Shown here: positions 61,097-64,000 of the stretch, in pieces | How positions within the stretch are numbered: position 1 is the first letter of the stretch | Layout of the letters: each line of letters starts with the position of its first letter | Source of the DNA: an uncultured Gemmatimonadaceae bacterium | GTDB lineage: Bacteria > Gemmatimonadota > Gemmatimonadetes > Gemmatimonadales > Gemmatimonadaceae | Reading direction: 5' to 3' | Assembly (NCBI GenBank): GCA_963817955.1 | Contig: CAWFQK010000007.1 | Coordinates: forward strand, 64,001 to 128,000 | Length of the DNA stretch: 64,000 nucleotides | Translations under genes and position numbers: made by a program | Notes under the pieces: model-generated | The model's database searches: none | Told to the model about the DNA's origin: nothing | What the model saw: only the letters and a program-made list of their open reading frames with translations

Positions 61097-62260
61097 GTGA
61101 AACCTTCCACACCGCCCAATCAACTGTCGGCGTTCGCGATCACCGCGCCGGGACTCGAAGACCTCTGCGCGCGCGAGCTCGCCGCGATCGGGGTGACCGG
61201 AATGCCCGAGCCGGGGGGCGTCGCGTGGACTGGCACGCTCGATACCGTGGCCCGGGCCAACCTCTGGCTTCGGACCGCGAGTCGCGTGATCGTGCGGATC
61301 GCCGAGTTCCGCGCCAAGACGTTCTTTGAGCTGGAACGACATGCGCGTCGGATGGAGTGGGAGCGTTTCGTCTCGCCCGGCGTGCCAGTGGAGTTCCGCG
61401 TAACGTGCCGCAAGTCACGACTCTATCACAGCGGTGCGGTCGCCCAGCGCCTTGGCGATGCGGTCCAACTGCACGTGAAAGGTGCGCGGCTGGAGAGCAG
61501 CGCGAGCGATGACGATGAGGACTCTGCGTCCGGCGAGCGCCAGCTGTTCATAGTGCGCTTCGTGCATGACGCATGTACAGTGAGCGTCGACACCTCCGGT
61601 GCGCTCCTGCACCGCCGTGGATATCGGCAGCAACTTGCGAGAGCGCCGCTGCGCGAGACGTTGGCCGCGGCTGTGCTGCTCGGCGCCGGGTGGACGGGTG
61701 AGACGCCGCTCGTCGATCCGATGTGCGGCTCGGGAACGGTGCCCATCGAGGCGGCGCTCATCGCTCGCCGCATGGCGCCTGGACGCGATCGCTCGTTCGC
61801 ATTCCTGCGCTGGCCTGGGGCAGACGAGAAATCATGGAAACGACTGCTCGCCGATGCGCGCGCCGGCGAGCTGGAGCGATCGCCCATTATGATCAGTGGC
61901 TTCGATCGTGATGAGGGCGCCATCACGGCAGCTCGGGCGAACGCCGAACGCGCCGGTGTCGCGGCCGATATTTGCTTTGCCGCTCAGCCGGTGTCTGCAT
62001 TGGGCACAGCCGAGCCGCCGGGGCTCGTCGCGTCGAATCCGCCCTACGGCGTTCGGATAGGGGAAACGGCTGCGCTGCGAAATCTCTATGCGCAGCTGGG
62101 AAACGTGTTACGGCGCCATCGACCGGGTTGGACGCTGGCGTTGTTTTCGGCCGACAAGCAACTCGAGCGGCAGACGGGATTGTCGTTTGAGGAACGCTTC
62201 CGGTCGCGAAACGGCGGCATTGCCGTGCACCTCGTAGTGGCGGAGATACCAACGCGCTGA
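61097..62260 (+). CDS. THUMP-domain SAM-dependent RNA methyltransferase (RlmL-like)
   Basis: NLWLRTASRV, LHRRGYR, APLRETLAA, DPMCGSGT, NPPYG. Start approximate. Confidence 0.9.
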   Translation: MKPSTPPNQLSAFAITAPGLEDLCARELAAIGVTGMPEPGGVAWTGTLDTVARANLWLRTASRVIVRIAEFRAKTFFELERHARRMEWERFVSPGVPVEFRVTCRKSRLYHSGAVAQRLGDAVQLHVKGARLESSASDDDEDSASGERQLFIVRFVHDACTVSVDTSGALLHRRGYRQQLARAPLRETLAAAVLLGAGWTGETPLVDPMCGSGTVPIEAALIARRMAPGRDRSFAFLRWPGADEKSWKRLLADARAGELERSPIMISGFDRDEGAITAARANAERAGVAADICFAAQPVSALGTAEPPGLVASNPPYGVRIGETAALRNLYAQLGNVLRRHRPGWTLALFSADKQLERQTGLSFEERFRSRNGGIAVHLVVAEIPTR

Positions 62261-62374
62261 ACGGTATCCCCGGCTAGGATACCTGTCATCCTTGTATCTC
62301 TGAGAATCACTAAGTCTCGCCCGTAAATTGGATGGCTGGTCGGGGTGGTAGCTCGTTCATCCTGATGACAGGCA

Positions 62375-62414
62375 TCCCGTGTCCCGTGTCCCGTCTCCCG
62401 ACTTCCGTGTCCCC
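62375..62414. repeat. Heptamer tandem repeat (TCCCGTG) x~5-6
   Basis: Reverse complement of the ACGGGAC-type unit at 19749-19809. Confidence 0.8.
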
Positions 62415-62467
62415 GAACCTTCGCGAAGGTCATTAGCGCAGGAACCGGGCGTTTACCTGATCATGCC

Positions 62468-63032
62468 TCCACCACCTGGCTTCGAAACCCGTCCACCTGG
62501 CTTCGGCAACGGTCCACTCGACTGGGGTGAGCGTCCACTCCATTTCGGCGATCGGTTACCTCATTTCGCCGATCGGTCACGCCATTTTGGCGATCGGTTA
62601 CCTCATTTCGCCGATCGGTCACCTCATTTCGGCGATCGGTCAGCTCATTTCGGCGGTTGTCCACTCCATTTGGGCGAGCGTCCATGTGATTTGGGCGACC
62701 GTCCATGTGATTTGGGTGATCGTCCACTTGGCTTGGGTAACCGTTCACTTGGCTTGGGTAACTGCGCACTTGTACTCGGTGAGTGTCCACTTGACCGCGG
62801 CAAACGTTCAGCCGACCTCGGCAAGTGTGCACCCGACATCGGCAAGTGTTCACTCGACCGCGGGAGACGGTTACTCGACCTCGGCAAGCGTTCGGGCGGC
62901 TGCGGGATCCGGTCAGGCGACCATGGCACTCGGTCAGGCGACCGTGGGATTCGGTCAGCCGACTTCGGCATTCATCCACTTCATTTCGGTACTTGAATAC
63001 TTCATTGCGGCGTTAAGACGCGTCACTTCGGC
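62468..63032. repeat. Degenerate 21-bp tandem array (~26 units)
   Basis: Units such as CATTTCGGCGATCGGTTACCT; period 21 throughout, with the sequence drifting gradually along the array. Confidence 0.85.
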
Positions 63033-63276
63033 GACTCGATGCCGACCCGCGTTGAGTATTCTTGCCACCGCGCCGCTCCATGAGGGTCGTTAGGTCGTCC
63101 TGCGACCTGCTTCACCGCACTGCCTTTCACCGGAAGCGGCTGCTTACACAGCCGTTTTTCTTGTGTCCGGTTCTTGCATAACTGCCCCTCGTACTCGTCC
63201 TCTGCATGCCGCATCGACCGCCCCTGGTTCATCGACGGTGGCAATCGGCTTTGTACCCTTTCGTCAGGAGTCGCCC

Positions 63277-64000
63277 ATGGGCGTCGGCGAAGGTCCAGAG
63301 GGGATCGATCGGGAAACCCCTCTATCGAGCGCACGCAGCAATGGCGGGAGTGCTCGGCGAGCGCGAAAAACCGCAACTAAGAGCGGTTCGCACTCCAAGC
63401 GAACCGATCCCGACGACGTCCGCATCACGCGTGACGAAAACATCGAGGTTCCACCCGCCGACAACGGCGAGCAATCGGTCACTGCTCCGGTGCAACAACG
63501 TCGAACCCGCCAACGCTCGCTACAACGGTTGCTCGCTGGGTTGCGTGCCGTGAACGCCGGCGACTTCTCCGTGCGCCTCACCGCCGACGGCGAGCCGCTC
63601 ATGGCGGAGATCATAGATCTCTTCAACCGCGTCGCGCAGAAGCAAGCGCGCCTCGTGGACGAGCTCGCGCGCGTGCGCACGGCCGTCGGGCGCGAAGGCA
63701 AGATGCGCGATCGCGTATGGATGGCCGGTGCCGAGGGACAATGGATCAAGGCGGTGGACTCGGTGAACAGCCTGATCACCGATCTCGTACAACCGACGTC
63801 CGAAGTCTCTCGTGTCATTCAGGCGGTTGCCGAAGGCGATCTGTCGCAGAAGATCGCCGGCGAAGCCCAGGGCGAGTTCGACGAGCTCAAGGCGAACATC
63901 AATCAGATGATTGCCAAGCTGCGCGAGACCACGGAGCGCAATCAGGAGCAGGACTGGCTCAAGACCAACCTGGCCAAGTTCAGCCGCATGATGCAGGGCC
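63277..64000 (+). CDS. HAMP-domain (hybrid) sensor kinase, N-terminal part, truncated by window end
   Basis: AGGAG SD then ATG 63277, read manually: GDFSVRL, VGREGK, PTSEVSRVIQAVAEGDLSQKI, NQEQDWLKTNLAKFSRMMQG. Confidence 0.85.
   Translation, partial: MGVGEGPEGIDRETPLSSARSNGGSARRARKTATKSGSHSKRTDPDDVRITRDENIEVPPADNGEQSVTAPVQQRRTRQRSLQRLLAGLRAVNAGDFSVRLTADGEPLMAEIIDLFNRVAQKQARLVDELARVRTAVGREGKMRDRVWMAGAEGQWIKAVDSVNSLITDLVQPTSEVSRVIQAVAEGDLSQKIAGEAQGEFDELKANINQMIAKLRETTERNQEQDWLKTNLAKFSRMMQG

Noticed and set aside
62468..63032. TGA-to-Trp recoding suggested by TGA/TGG alternating in one frame
   Set aside because: TAA occurs at the same position, and many genuine genes here end in TGA.

Overview
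This GC-rich bacterial window is tentatively Gemmatimonadota-like; that is an impression from gene style, not a demonstrated assignment. About 46 kb (424-46129) is one flagellar and chemotaxis supercluster. On the minus strand there are two operons: flgB-flgC-orf-fliEFGHIJ-motE-like-fliK-like-flgD-flgE, and fliL-fliM-fliN-fliO/P-fliQR-flhBA-flhG-fliA. Each has a candidate sigma54 promoter, an IHF-like box and enhancer palindromes, and a sigma54 activator gene lies nearby. The plus strand carries late genes behind a recurring sigma28 promoter motif: TonB-C protein + MCP, flgL-fliW, two tandem flagellins, fliD, fliS/fliT-like genes, flgM and cheY-cheZ-cheA-cheW-mcp-cheR-cheD-cheY-cheX-cheB. The remainder holds general genes: LytS/LytTR, amidase, DHDPS-like, epimerases, osmC, cupin, SDR, mscS, recQ, msrPQ, a THUMP methyltransferase and a truncated HAMP kinase. 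The most notable observations are: (1) a hook-length-control (FliK-like) protein with an apparently intact M15 peptidoglycan peptidase domain; (2) a FliO-FliP fusion; (3) FlhG lacking the P-loop Lys, with no flhF beside it; (4) two flagellins with homogenised ends and divergent cores, one carrying at least 5 frameshifts confined to its variable region; (5) CsrA-type hairpins in both flagellin leaders; (6) a three-copy palindromic MITE/REPIN-like element; (7) an unexplained ~560-bp gradient array of 21-bp repeats. All assignments come from reading motifs and gene order by eye; no database searches were run.
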